IMG/VR virus record: IMGVR_UViG_3300035128_000113
DNA from: a virus
DNA length: 64,000 nucleotides
Strand: one strand, 5' to 3'
The notes beneath the pieces were generated by a model, which worked only from the letters and a program-made list of their open reading frames with translations, searched no databases and had not been told where the DNA came from. A program made the position numbers and the translations under genes. Below are positions 17,094-27,161 of the stretch, in pieces (the stretch's first letter is position 1; each line of letters starts with the position of its first letter).

Positions 17094-17516
17094 TTAACCA
17101 ATCAAGCTTAAAAGCCCATCAGCTTCTTGAACAGGCACACTTTCGGTGAGCACCATCCGCTTTACAGCTTCATCAAAGGACTTTTGCTCCAACTTCGGAA
17201 CTTCTTCCTTCAATTCGTTGAAAATCTCCTCACGAGACATCGGCCTGCCAACCTCCGAAAGCAACTTCAAAACTCTCGGTCGGACCTTGATTCTGGAAAC
17301 CACAGGGGCCTGCCGAATCATCCCTAGGGATTCCCCGATACCGACCCTCTGAGCCTTAAGACTATCGAGCTCCTCCTGCATCGCGGCAATTTTCTCCCCC
17401 AAAGTCACGTAAACCCGGGTTCCTTGCTGCTTCCATGCTTCGAAATCAAACGAAGAAATGTCCTCCGAATCAACACTCTCATTACCACAATCAAATTTCT
17501 GGTCTTCCATGATCAC
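17094..17516 (-). CDS. hypothetical protein (coiled coil + possible winged helix)
   Basis: 140-aa ORF. Confidence 0.55.
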   Translation of the reverse strand: MIMEDQKFDCGNESVDSEDISSFDFEAWKQQGTRVYVTLGEKIAAMQEELDSLKAQRVGIGESLGMIRQAPVVSRIKVRPRVLKLLSEVGRPMSREEIFNELKEEVPKLEQKSFDEAVKRMVLTESVPVQEADGLLSLIG

Positions 17517-17518
17517 TC

Positions 17519-19072
17519 CTATTCCTCCCGACTTTCTTCGGGAGTTACGTTAATAGTTTCAACTTCCCCATCCTTGGAATCACCATCGGCCCCAAAGACT
17601 GAAGATAGCATCTGACTCAAGACACCCTTGGAGGTAGCCTTACCGGATAAAGTAAAGGACTCCCCATCCTCTTCTTGGCTACCTCCTTTCTTAGGCATGT
17701 AGACATCGCGAAGATCTTTAACTATGCCCACCAAATTCTTTAACTCAGCAGACACATTCTTATCAAGAGATCCGCCATGTAATTTTTCGAATAGCACACC
17801 GTTCATAACTCTACCATAAGCCGTCTCTACCAAGCTCTTCATGACCCTATGCAAATCTATCTCACTCTCGATCTGCAAGTTCATATCAAAGCCACATGGA
17901 GCTCCCGGCTTATACCTCGGACATTTCCCCTCAAAGAAACATGTACTACAATTAATCGGCTCATGAATTCTGTCGTCTCGCCGTGGGTCTCGCTTAATGT
18001 TGCTCCTTCTTAGCTGAGCTCTGGCAATAGACTGGCTACGGTCGATCAATCCATCCTTATTATATACAGACTCCTTTATAGTGGCCGCAGCTTCTCTCTC
18101 TTCATCCGTAAGCCAATAAGAATTTCGAACATCATACTTAAGCCCTTCACCCAGCTGTCTCCATGCAACCGCATTCATCATGTTAACTTCAAAAGCCTTA
18201 TCCTTCATGATGTCCGCAAAAACAATTCCATTTTCTTCGAACATCCGCTTATACTTTTTCCGAATGCTTTTGCTCTCCATATCGTAATACCGAATACGAC
18301 CATTTTCATATATCATAGTCGTACCGTATTTCCCACCATCAATCCAAGTGGTTGAGTCTACCGAATAAAATTGACCCTTAAACAAAACATCTTCGGCCGT
18401 AGCCCCAAACCCATGAAAAATGTTCCCGTTTTCCTTGCCTATCTTAAAAACATCCCGCAACCATCCCTTATAATCACCCTTCCCTATAACTGCCGACCCA
18501 ATAGCGATGTAAGGAAAGTTATCAAACCACTTAAGCTTTTTGAAATACTCTATTGGTTGACCTTGCATTACAGGGACTATAGGCACACCCCCAGAAATCA
18601 ACTCCCTTTTCATTGCCTCCCCATAATCAACCCCAACTTCAGACGGCAGATCAACCTCAGCACACATAGAAAACAAATGCCCTATTCTCTTTAACTCAGT
18701 GTAGTACTCCTCAGCATACTCACGAACATCCATCTTAACCCCAAAGTCAGGGTTCTTCTTTCGCTCCTTTAAGAGAGTAAAACCCCCGGAATCCAAGATT
18801 AAATAATCAAACCTCCCCAAATCTTTTTCAATCTCTTCAACGGAATGCTTCTTCAGCCAGTTTCTCATGTAGAGATAAGAGGCCAATAAGTGCCGCACTC
18901 CAACTCTATATAGACCGTCCCTAAAAGATTTCCCTTCACCTCCGGCTAAACACACCTTAACCCCATAAGTACGCTTCTCCTGGGGAATATCTCTATCCCA
19001 TCTGGCTAAGTGCCTACCTATAGGACTATCACCCGCAAATACACTATCCCTACTCTTACCTTCAACAGCCAT
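17519..19072 (-). CDS. TGT/DpdA-like 7-deazaguanine transglycosylase-fold protein with C-terminal extension
   Basis: YLILDSGGFT, IFHGFG, SVDSTTW; adjacent to preQ0 genes. Confidence 0.7.
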   Translation of the reverse strand: MAVEGKSRDSVFAGDSPIGRHLARWDRDIPQEKRTYGVKVCLAGGEGKSFRDGLYRVGVRHLLASYLYMRNWLKKHSVEEIEKDLGRFDYLILDSGGFTLLKERKKNPDFGVKMDVREYAEEYYTELKRIGHLFSMCAEVDLPSEVGVDYGEAMKRELISGGVPIVPVMQGQPIEYFKKLKWFDNFPYIAIGSAVIGKGDYKGWLRDVFKIGKENGNIFHGFGATAEDVLFKGQFYSVDSTTWIDGGKYGTTMIYENGRIRYYDMESKSIRKKYKRMFEENGIVFADIMKDKAFEVNMMNAVAWRQLGEGLKYDVRNSYWLTDEEREAAATIKESVYNKDGLIDRSQSIARAQLRRSNIKRDPRRDDRIHEPINCSTCFFEGKCPRYKPGAPCGFDMNLQIESEIDLHRVMKSLVETAYGRVMNGVLFEKLHGGSLDKNVSAELKNLVGIVKDLRDVYMPKKGGSQEEDGESFTLSGKATSKGVLSQMLSSVFGADGDSKDGEVETINVTPEESREE

Positions 19073-19078
19073 GATTTA

Positions 19079-19999
19079 CTACCATCCACGAACTGGTGTT
19101 CGTATTAATGCCTTACGAACGGCATTCTCATAAATACGCTTATAAGCCATATAAACAGACTCAACAGACCTCCTGTCATAAATGGCCTTAATCTTCTCGA
19201 CCTCATTACCATAATAGCTATCGTCATCCATGGAACTCAAACTTAACCCTAGCTTGTTTGCTGACCTCGGCCAATCGTCCAATGAATACTCCAAAAAATT
19301 AAACTCATCTTCAATATCAAACTTAACACTCGATGGTCTAGCAATCGGAACTCCCATAGAGCATAAATGCTCAATGCCATCTGCCGATAACTCTACTCCC
19401 GGAGCAATAATTATGCAAGAGTAACTTTTGCATAATTTATCATCAAACTTATATGGTATTCGCAAAGACACCAACTCGCCATCAAATGCCGGTCTAAGCT
19501 CCTCCACTCCAGTTAAACTAACTACTCCGATAATTCCGTCCTGCCTGGCTAAACCTTGATACATAAAATTTATAGGACGGGGCACATACACTGCACTTGG
19601 AGTATAAACTTTAAGCCCAGCTTGTGCTTCTCTTTTGGCCGTAACCAAAAACGTAGCCTGCGACATAGTAAACGCCCTCAACCGATCGTCCGTCTGACCT
19701 CTTCTCGGCTCGCTTTCAAAGAACCTCCGAATATCCGCCTCATAATTATCGGAAGCTTGAATTACCGTTGGTATACTACTAACAATCTGCAAAATACAAG
19801 CAGGACTACCCAACGCGGGAGCATGAACCACATGAGGCCCCAGCCGCAAAACTTCATCTACTAATCTAAAACACTCCGCAGGCTCCACCATATCAAAGGA
19901 GGTATAACAAACCGTAGCTCCGTTAGACAAAAACATATTGCCTAATTCATCAAACCACGTATCATTCTCATACCCGTTTTTAATATACAAAATTTTCAT
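19079..19999 (-). CDS. putative GT-B glycosyltransferase-like protein
   Basis: Weak GT4-like layout (PHVVH...EHLCSMGVPI); context. Confidence 0.45.
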   Translation of the reverse strand: MKILYIKNGYENDTWFDELGNMFLSNGATVCYTSFDMVEPAECFRLVDEVLRLGPHVVHAPALGSPACILQIVSSIPTVIQASDNYEADIRRFFESEPRRGQTDDRLRAFTMSQATFLVTAKREAQAGLKVYTPSAVYVPRPINFMYQGLARQDGIIGVVSLTGVEELRPAFDGELVSLRIPYKFDDKLCKSYSCIIIAPGVELSADGIEHLCSMGVPIARPSSVKFDIEDEFNFLEYSLDDWPRSANKLGLSLSSMDDDSYYGNEVEKIKAIYDRRSVESVYMAYKRIYENAVRKALIRTPVRGW

Positions 20000-20781
20000 C
20001 AGTACCCCATTAACTCTATGTAGGCCTTTGGGTCTTTCAAAATTGCCTCATGAACTCGGTAGAACATTCGCCTATCCCACTGCCCCCTGGTTACCTGGGA
20101 CTTATGCTCAAAATGATAACACTCCACCCCTGAATAAAACACCCCTGGCCCGGTAACCCTAGTGAACAATGTATCCTCCCTAGGGAGAGCTCCGTTCTTG
20201 TCTAAGAAATCAAACGAGTCCTTAACTCTATCCCTGCTGAAAACTATACACTGAGTGCCTGCACAACCCAAATGTGTCTCAATAACGACCTTACTGTACC
20301 TAAAATAAGGCATAAACCATGGGTATCTCTCCGTCCACTGCTTCACTTTAGGGTCCTCAGCATCCACCACCTGGTCAGTATACCCATCCAACTCGAGCCC
20401 GGCGGAAATCAACACACAGGTGGGTACTGCCCACGAAGCATGCTCCATCGAATGTGAAACCAAGACCTCTGCACACCGTTCCCCTAAAACGACGTCGTCG
20501 TCAACCATCACAATATAATCGTTCTTTGCTTCATTAATAAGATCGACTCTGGCTTTCCCTATCCCGCCCCTTCTCCGGCGCCGTATGACTCGTACTTCAA
20601 TCCCCTTAGACAAACTTAAAAGGTCCAATGCCTGGTTAACCACAAATGACTCACAAACAGGAACCGATGCCTCATCCAAAATAATGACTTCAGAAACCCC
20701 CTTCTGCCCCAGAATAGAAAACAACACCGTAGGCAATGTCTCTATTCTCCCCACAGTAGGAATACACACACTATACGCCAT
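19999..20781 (-). CDS. glycosyltransferase family 2
   Basis: SVCIPT..R, EVIILD, ARVDLI, YIVMVDDD (DxD), EDT. Confidence 0.85.
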   Translation of the reverse strand: MAYSVCIPTVGRIETLPTVLFSILGQKGVSEVIILDEASVPVCESFVVNQALDLLSLSKGIEVRVIRRRRRGGIGKARVDLINEAKNDYIVMVDDDVVLGERCAEVLVSHSMEHASWAVPTCVLISAGLELDGYTDQVVDAEDPKVKQWTERYPWFMPYFRYSKVVIETHLGCAGTQCIVFSRDRVKDSFDFLDKNGALPREDTLFTRVTGPGVFYSGVECYHFEHKSQVTRGQWDRRMFYRVHEAILKDPKAYIELMGY

Positions 20782-21637
20782 CGCTACCCACCTTCATCTC
20801 CAAAAGCTTTTCTATCGCTTTCAAATTTGCTTCATAAAACTTTCTAGGCTTAGAGTAATTCCCCTCGCCCAACCGGGTACCCCCACTCTGAGCATGCAAA
20901 TGATAAACTCTGCTGCCTAAATCAAAACAAAACTTGTACCCCCGAAGAATCTCTAACTGCAAACTCCAGGCAATGTCAGTGTATAAACTCTGATCCGAAA
21001 TATCCCAATTTGGGACCGAGATGTCCGGACGCATAAAATAAACCCCTGGAGTTAAAGCGTCCGACCAACGTAAAGCATCCACCGACACCTCACAATCCTG
21101 AAACGAACAATTCTGCTTCAGTATCAACTGAAACGGCATATATTGACCTGGGGTAGGTATAACCTCTATAATTTTTTCATCCTTCCCTGGCATATCCAAC
21201 TTGTCATTTGCCTTAGGTCCATCCCACTCCGAATTTACATAGGGGGTCAATGCAGACAAAACTACAGGCCCGTCAGCTCGTCGTTCAGCTATGCTGAACA
21301 TACGATACATCCGGTTTATAACTCCAGGCTCAAACCACATATCGTCATCAACACAAATCAAAAACTCAGACGTACAATGAATCTGCGCAAAATTTCTCGC
21401 CTGGGATGCCTGACGCCCAACATCCCCAATATGCGTAGCTGTAACCTTTACCCCCAAAGAGACTAACAACTCCCTCACACGAAGGACTACTCCTGACGTG
21501 TACTGCTCAGTAATTGGCCCGTTCTCAATAATCAAAACTTCAGCAACGTTTCGAACATCATTCGCAATAGATGCTAGAAGGACTGCAAGAAAATCCTGTC
21601 TACCTCTGGTAGGAATAGCAATCGTCACTTCTCCCAT
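20771..21637 (-). CDS. glycosyltransferase family 2
   Basis: TIAIPTRGR, ARNFA, LICVDDD. Confidence 0.85.
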   Translation of the reverse strand: MGEVTIAIPTRGRQDFLAVLLASIANDVRNVAEVLIIENGPITEQYTSGVVLRVRELLVSLGVKVTATHIGDVGRQASQARNFAQIHCTSEFLICVDDDMWFEPGVINRMYRMFSIAERRADGPVVLSALTPYVNSEWDGPKANDKLDMPGKDEKIIEVIPTPGQYMPFQLILKQNCSFQDCEVSVDALRWSDALTPGVYFMRPDISVPNWDISDQSLYTDIAWSLQLEILRGYKFCFDLGSRVYHLHAQSGGTRLGEGNYSKPRKFYEANLKAIEKLLEMKVGSDGV

Positions 21638-21638
21638 G

Positions 21639-22718
21639 TCACACCTTTACCCTTTCCAACCGTGGGTTGTTCACGAACCACTTTCTCGCCGCCGGCTTCA
21701 ACTTCAACAGCTTGTCGTCGGGAACCTCATGCCTGGACCTCCTCCTACCCTCCGACACGCCTACGTTCGAGTCCCTTGACCGCCGTAGACACTCAACGTT
21801 TTGATCCCAGCTGCAACCGGTGCACGGAACCCCCGCATCAATAAGCTCCTGATACCTACTCCTTCGCTTGGGGTCAGTCATCTCCCAAGCATAGATGTCC
21901 TCGGGTAACGGATGATCCACACAATATCGAATCTTACCATCGGCATCGATGGTTAAGGCAGCCTTTCCAGTGCATTTCCACCCATTGCTCACAAAGATCT
22001 CACCCCACTGAGCAAACCACTCAGAATCATTGTGCAATAGATACCCACCGCTTTTAGCCATAGCCTCTATTGTTTCTCCAACACGATCTGCCTGCTCCTG
22101 ATTAGCCTGGTGCAATCTAGAGGACCTCCCATACTCACGGGTTTCATCGCCGACCTGCAAGGGCGTCATTATCGCCCAAATCCCCTCGGCGGTTAGCTCC
22201 TCGACCATCCTTGGCAAATGCTCGATATTGTACCTGGTTATTGTGATACACGCGACTAAATCACGTATACCATAAGTATCCCTAAACATTCTCAACGCCT
22301 CTAAACCATTTTTCGACTTTATCAACGAAGACCTGTCGTAATATGGGACGCCACTTAGTCGGTCCAGCGACACACTCCAATTAGCTAACCCTGCATCTAC
22401 CAATCTTTTGGTGTATTCACTATCGTGTAACACCCTAATAGAATTAGAAATCACGGGCAACTTAACCCCAAACCTCACTCCTGCGGCCAAGATGTCTGGC
22501 AAATCTTCCCGAGTAGTCGGCTCTCCACCATAAATCACCATCGGCGCCCCCGGCCACAACTTAGAGAACATCTCTACAATCTCTATAGCCCTCTCTGTAG
22601 AGATTTCGGACATACCTTCTGGCTTATTTCTAATTTGGCAATACTCACATCGCAGATTGCACTCTCTAGTTACAAGCCACTCAGCCTTCAGCACCATGCA
22701 GTCTTTTAGCTCACTCAC
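21639..22718 (-). CDS. radical SAM/SPASM-type protein
   Basis: CNLRCEYC; YGGEPT; C-terminal Cys motifs. Confidence 0.9.
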   Translation of the reverse strand: MSELKDCMVLKAEWLVTRECNLRCEYCQIRNKPEGMSEISTERAIEIVEMFSKLWPGAPMVIYGGEPTTREDLPDILAAGVRFGVKLPVISNSIRVLHDSEYTKRLVDAGLANWSVSLDRLSGVPYYDRSSLIKSKNGLEALRMFRDTYGIRDLVACITITRYNIEHLPRMVEELTAEGIWAIMTPLQVGDETREYGRSSRLHQANQEQADRVGETIEAMAKSGGYLLHNDSEWFAQWGEIFVSNGWKCTGKAALTIDADGKIRYCVDHPLPEDIYAWEMTDPKRRSRYQELIDAGVPCTGCSWDQNVECLRRSRDSNVGVSEGRRRSRHEVPDDKLLKLKPAARKWFVNNPRLERVKV

Positions 22719-23439
22719 CTAACACCTCCAGTATTCTTCCACAACGTTGCTCACTGTACTCCCCCAACTTTGCCGCTTTTCTATAACTATCCGCCAAGCT
22801 AGAACTCAAAGGGTCAACTCTGTACTCCTCACTTAAACCATTAATACTCAGAGCAATGTATCTCCGGATACATGCACTGCACTCGCCGCACGGAATATAC
22901 GAAGTAGAATTATAACATGCCCAAGTACTCAACAACTCATCAACTGAATATCCCTTAGACAAATACCATGCCACCATATCTGCCTTATCCATATCCCTGA
23001 ATGGGGTCGCCACATGAACCTCCGAGCCAACCAACACACTACAAACCTCTGACATCTTCTCAAAAAACTCTTCACTCCTATCCGGAATACTCATCTCATC
23101 TTTTTGAACCGTAAGCCAAACAAAAACTTTACTGGACTTAACAACCGCATATTTCAAAGAAGCCAAAACTAAATGTGCATTCCTCCCCGGAATATGCGCA
23201 AAATAGTCTTCAACTTTACCCAGTCCTTTAAGGGTAAAATCCCGCATAACTTTACTGCCCAAAGTATTCGCAACTGCCGCCAGCTCCTGGTGCTCATACC
23301 TGTGTCCGAGACTAAAATAAACAGGATAAACTATATCATTATCACCCGAAATTCGCCCAACATACTTATAAGTAATATACGAATCCATACCACCGCTGTA
23401 CAAAATAATGTGTAAATCACCCAGAACTTCAGGACTCAT
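22711..23439 (-). CDS. queC: 7-cyano-7-deazaguanine synthase
   Basis: ILYSGGMDS PP-loop; IPGRN; TWACY...CGECSACIRR. Confidence 0.9.
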   Translation of the reverse strand: MSPEVLGDLHIILYSGGMDSYITYKYVGRISGDNDIVYPVYFSLGHRYEHQELAAVANTLGSKVMRDFTLKGLGKVEDYFAHIPGRNAHLVLASLKYAVVKSSKVFVWLTVQKDEMSIPDRSEEFFEKMSEVCSVLVGSEVHVATPFRDMDKADMVAWYLSKGYSVDELLSTWACYNSTSYIPCGECSACIRRYIALSINGLSEEYRVDPLSSSLADSYRKAAKLGEYSEQRCGRILEVLGE

Positions 23440-23798
23440 CTTAGCCTCCCTAGAATCTCTTCTAACAAACTAACCCTGGTCTCGTCATTAGAACTATACA
23501 ATAAAGCCCTATCATCAATATACACCTGACCTAACGGCTTATCGAACACAACTTTAGAATATGGTACTGAATTCCTCCTAAGCCAAGACTCCGTAACACC
23601 TCTATCTACTTCCCACCTTGCGGTATGAATCACAATCTCATGACCCAAACGTACAAGCCTATGCAAAACTCCTATGACTTCTTGATTCGGCTCGCAGTTG
23701 GAATACTCAGTATGGCTCGCAACCGGCTTCGCGATGACCCCATCCAGATCACAAACTATGGTGGCCACGGGTAACCCCCAAAGCCTGGAAAAACTCAT
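23436..23798 (-). CDS. small HAD-family phosphatase
   Basis: CDLDGVIA; IHTAR; FDKP...YIDDR. Confidence 0.85.
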   Translation of the reverse strand: MSFSRLWGLPVATIVCDLDGVIAKPVASHTEYSNCEPNQEVIGVLHRLVRLGHEIVIHTARWEVDRGVTESWLRRNSVPYSKVVFDKPLGQVYIDDRALLYSSNDETRVSLLEEILGRLR

Positions 23799-24351
23799 TC
23801 TTGGCTATCTTCCCCCTGATTGCCGTAGTAACAGTTTTATGATTTTCTTTTTTAATGCCCCTCATGGACATGCACTGGTGATGCCCTTCTGCAACCACAA
23901 TAATCCCAACCGGGTCCAGCTCATCAACACACTTATCCGCTATCTGTGAAGTAAACCTCTCCTGAATTTGAGGCCTTTTTGCATACCACTCAACAATTCT
24001 ACCCAACTTCGATAACCCGGCCAGCCGACCGCTCGGAAGGTATCCAATATGAACTCTACCTGTAAACGGTGCTAAATGATGCTCACACAAACTCGTGTAC
24101 GCAATGTCAGAAACTATTACCATTTGATCGGTAGACCCCTTACTAAACGTTGTCATATGAGGGGGCGACACCCTTAAACCTTCCGTCATCTCCAAGAACA
24201 TATTGACTACGCGTCTAGGGGTATCCAACAACCCCTCTCGGCGAATATCTTCACCCATACCTCGAAGAAGAACTTTTACAGCCTCCTCCATCTCCCGCTG
24301 TATTTCAGTGGTCACGCCTTCCCCCTCCAATAATAGGGACTCCTCCAACAT
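23749..24351 (-). CDS. folE: GTP cyclohydrolase I
   Basis: REGLLDTPRRV, SLCEHHLAPF, GLSKLGR, RPQIQER, HQCMSMRG. Confidence 0.95.
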   Translation of the reverse strand: MLEESLLLEGEGVTTEIQREMEEAVKVLLRGMGEDIRREGLLDTPRRVVNMFLEMTEGLRVSPPHMTTFSKGSTDQMVIVSDIAYTSLCEHHLAPFTGRVHIGYLPSGRLAGLSKLGRIVEWYAKRPQIQERFTSQIADKCVDELDPVGIIVVAEGHHQCMSMRGIKKENHKTVTTAIRGKIAKNEFFQALGVTRGHHSL

Positions 24352-24679
24352 TTCTTGGAGCTCTCCTTCCAGCGGCCGCTTTTTGAACAGACCTCATACT
24401 CTTCAACATAGCATCAGCCGTATACCTGCTGGAGATGGTAGCCTCAGCTTCTGCTTTTGCTACCGAAGTCATCATAACTACATCGTGATATGTTGCCTGC
24501 CTATCGACTTTTATCCCCTTAATGTCCGTCAACAACTCAACTCCACGGGGAGTTAATACCAACAGGATTGCTGATATAGCCGAGACTTGCTCTCCGGTTA
24601 CAGCATCCTCAAAAGAATCTTCGACCCCATCTTCCGCTTCAGCTTCATTATTGCCTTCTCTGTACTCTTTCATACTCAA
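24305..24679 (-). CDS. hypothetical protein
   Basis: 124-aa ORF between folE and queE. Confidence 0.6.
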   Translation of the reverse strand: MSMKEYREGNNEAEAEDGVEDSFEDAVTGEQVSAISAILLVLTPRGVELLTDIKGIKVDRQATYHDVVMMTSVAKAEAEATISSRYTADAMLKSMRSVQKAAAGRRAPRNVGGVPIIGGGRRDH

Positions 24680-24685
24680 GACCTC

Positions 24686-25363
24686 CTAAATTATCCCCAT
24701 GAAACGATGTACCTGGGGAATTACTCTCCATAACTGTCTATGTCGAACCCATAGCTTTTTTTGCAAACTGACAGCTTCCCGACAATTTTTTCTAAACTGC
24801 CCCAAAACTCCATCCTCTACCCTTATTGGCTGTAATACCAAGTTAACCTTCCATCTTCTTACATCACTATAATTCACCTTTCCCACTAAACTGGATACTT
24901 CTATACCCTCAAAAACTGGAACCAAAACTTTAACCGTAGTCGCATATCTCAACGCAGGCAATTCGTCGATAGGTCTCTTTGGCGAAACTGTAACTTCATC
25001 CAAGGATATCATCCACTGCTCACCTATCGTACCATTAGTCTCAATGCACAGTAAAAACCCAGCTTCCCTAAGTGCCCCAATAAGATTCACATCTAACTGA
25101 AGCATTGGCTCCCCACCCGTAAAAACGCATCTTGGCCTATCTTTAGATAAAAAACCATACCCTTGGTGCATCCCCAACTTAGCCCTCATGGCAACTATAG
25201 CCGACACTAAACCATCTAATGAATACTCAGTAAACGTATCATGCTCAGTATCGCAGAAAGGACAAGCTAAATTACACCCGGAGAACCTAACAAATATTGC
25301 TGGATACCCAATACTGACCCCCTCACCCTGAATACTATAAAAAATCTCATTAATCTGATACAT
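24686..25363 (-). CDS. queE: 7-carboxy-7-deazaguanine synthase
   Basis: INEIFYSIQGEG, FVRFSGCNLACPFCDT, TGGEP, IETNGT, VSPK. Confidence 0.95.
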   Translation of the reverse strand: MYQINEIFYSIQGEGVSIGYPAIFVRFSGCNLACPFCDTEHDTFTEYSLDGLVSAIVAMRAKLGMHQGYGFLSKDRPRCVFTGGEPMLQLDVNLIGALREAGFLLCIETNGTIGEQWMISLDEVTVSPKRPIDELPALRYATTVKVLVPVFEGIEVSSLVGKVNYSDVRRWKVNLVLQPIRVEDGVLGQFRKNCREAVSLQKKLWVRHRQLWRVIPQVHRFMGII

Positions 25364-25793
25364 GTGGAACCTTAACTACTGCGCAACAAGTGGGAGTTTC
25401 ATAGACCGAAATTGAATGCAGAATATGCCCGAGGTATGGCCACTGATACGGTATCACAACTTTCACTAAGTACTCCGCCAAGACTTCCGCTGTGGGATTC
25501 TTCTCAAAACTGAAAATAGAACTCACAGTACACAAACTTGTATCCACTAAATACTTACCTAGTGGGTCTTCCGAATTCAGAAGCAACTTATGATCCCAAT
25601 TCTCGGAAATCCACTTCCCTACGCTATCGCTTATCCTGCTGAAGTCTATAGATAAACCGTCATCTCTCACTTCTCTGTAATTGAGCGCTACCAGGACCCT
25701 ATATCTATGCCCATGAATGTTAGCACACTTTCCGGGGTACCCAAATAACCTGTGTGCGGCGTCAAACGCCACTTCCTTAACAACTTTATTCAT
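25350..25793 (-). CDS. queD: 6-carboxy-5,6,7,8-tetrahydropterin synthase
   Basis: FDAAHRL, CANIHGHRY, WDH..L, NPTAE, VYETPT; start MNKVVK with AGGAG RBS. Confidence 0.95.
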   Translation of the reverse strand: MNKVVKEVAFDAAHRLFGYPGKCANIHGHRYRVLVALNYREVRDDGLSIDFSRISDSVGKWISENWDHKLLLNSEDPLGKYLVDTSLCTVSSIFSFEKNPTAEVLAEYLVKVVIPYQWPYLGHILHSISVYETPTCCAVVKVPHVSD

Positions 25794-25804
25794 CACTCCT
25801 CCAG

Positions 25805-26113
25805 CTAAATAGAAACCACCTTCATAGACATCGCAGTACATTTCCTCCCCCCTATGAACTCATCCCGAAATCCTGGCTTAATGACAATAGAATAACCCTC
25901 TGGAGCTATCATGCCCTGAGATACACATATCGCCTTTAATGCCTGATTTACCGCTCCTGCCCCTATGGCCACAATGACCGGAGTATTTCCTTCCCGAATA
26001 GACCTGCTTATTGCTCCAGCTACCAGCTTAACTTGAGACCCACCGGCTACTCTGAATAGAACTTCTGACCTCTCTCCAACCTCCGTCACCAACTCCGTCT
26101 TCTGTGTTTTCAT
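25805..26113 (-). CDS. spoVS: SpoVS-family protein
   Basis: FRVAGGS...VAGAI...AIGAGAVNQALKAI...KPGF. Confidence 0.85.
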   Translation of the reverse strand: MKTQKTELVTEVGERSEVLFRVAGGSQVKLVAGAISRSIREGNTPVIVAIGAGAVNQALKAICVSQGMIAPEGYSIVIKPGFRDEFIGGRKCTAMSMKVVSI

Positions 26114-26142
26114 GCTTATCTCCCGGAATATCCTAAGCTATT

Positions 26143-26706
26143 CTAGGCCAGCATTGCCGATAGTGCAACAAACAACGCATCCCAAGCGTGAACTCCCCTC
26201 ACACAAAAAAGAGGCCCCTTACACTTAACTGTCCCCCTATAGGGGTCATTGCCCCCACCAGTAGGATCAAAATAGCTCTTTGCACAAGACTTTAACAACT
26301 TAGTATCTACCCCTTTTCTGGATGTAGCATCTTTATAAACTAATGACCCATAGAGCATCATCTTCACTGTCGGCCGTGATATAGCCTCAACTCTTCCCAC
26401 TGTCCACTCAGCTGCCGTATGAAACTTTCCAGACCACCAAGCCGTATCCATAGTTTCCTGCCCAACCGACCTACCATAGGTCACTACCTTCTCTATAGAG
26501 ACCTTATCAATACAAGAAAACAAGACAATGTCTTCGCTCCCAGGACCCCGAAAAACATCATTCTTCTCGAAAGTCTTCATAATATGCTCATTCGGATACT
26601 GATTATCTGCCATAAGTACCTGGCGGTTAACCCAGTCAAGGACCACAACTCCACTGGACTTTTGTCCCGGGTCTATTCCTAGACAGATCCTGCTATCTTC
26701 TTGCAT
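26143..26706 (-). CDS. RuvC-like (RNase H fold) resolvase
   Basis: LGIDPGQKSSG, SIEK, HAWDAL. Confidence 0.75.
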   Translation of the reverse strand: MQEDSRICLGIDPGQKSSGVVVLDWVNRQVLMADNQYPNEHIMKTFEKNDVFRGPGSEDIVLFSCIDKVSIEKVVTYGRSVGQETMDTAWWSGKFHTAAEWTVGRVEAISRPTVKMMLYGSLVYKDATSRKGVDTKLLKSCAKSYFDPTGGGNDPYRGTVKCKGPLFCVRGVHAWDALFVALSAMLA

Positions 26707-27157
26707 CTTCTATGTCACCTCTGCGCCGCGTTATTTCACGACTGATTACAGACTCTCGCTCAACATAGGTCTCCAACAATGATGATAGAATTTTCTTCTC
26801 AACTCTTGCCTGCATAAAATTTTCATCATACTGCTGGATAGTCTCCGAGCTGTCCACAGCCGCCCTTAGCGCAGTAACTGTCTTATAATCTGCTGCATGC
26901 TTAACCATCTCCTGACTTCTAAATATGCCTTTTTGAGACTCATAAGCAACCTGATTCGCAGACGCTACAGCTAATAGCACCCTGGTATATCCTGCCCACC
27001 CAGACCATACCGTGAGATGTAGTGCTAATTGCTCATTCGTCAAATCCCCCACACTCTTTGGCCAACCTAAACTGTCATCTGACGGCTTACTCGGCCTAGG
27101 AAAGCCCTCCGTTATTATCTTCATTTTCGCCTCAGAAACAGCTGGGTGATCTTCCAT
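26693..27157 (-). CDS. helical hypothetical protein, possibly UvsY-like recombination mediator
   Basis: Coiled-coil ending ISREITRR; recombination context. Confidence 0.4.
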   Translation of the reverse strand: MEDHPAVSEAKMKIITEGFPRPSKPSDDSLGWPKSVGDLTNEQLALHLTVWSGWAGYTRVLLAVASANQVAYESQKGIFRSQEMVKHAADYKTVTALRAAVDSSETIQQYDENFMQARVEKKILSSLLETYVERESVISREITRRRGDIEDARR

Positions 27158-27161
27158 CGTA

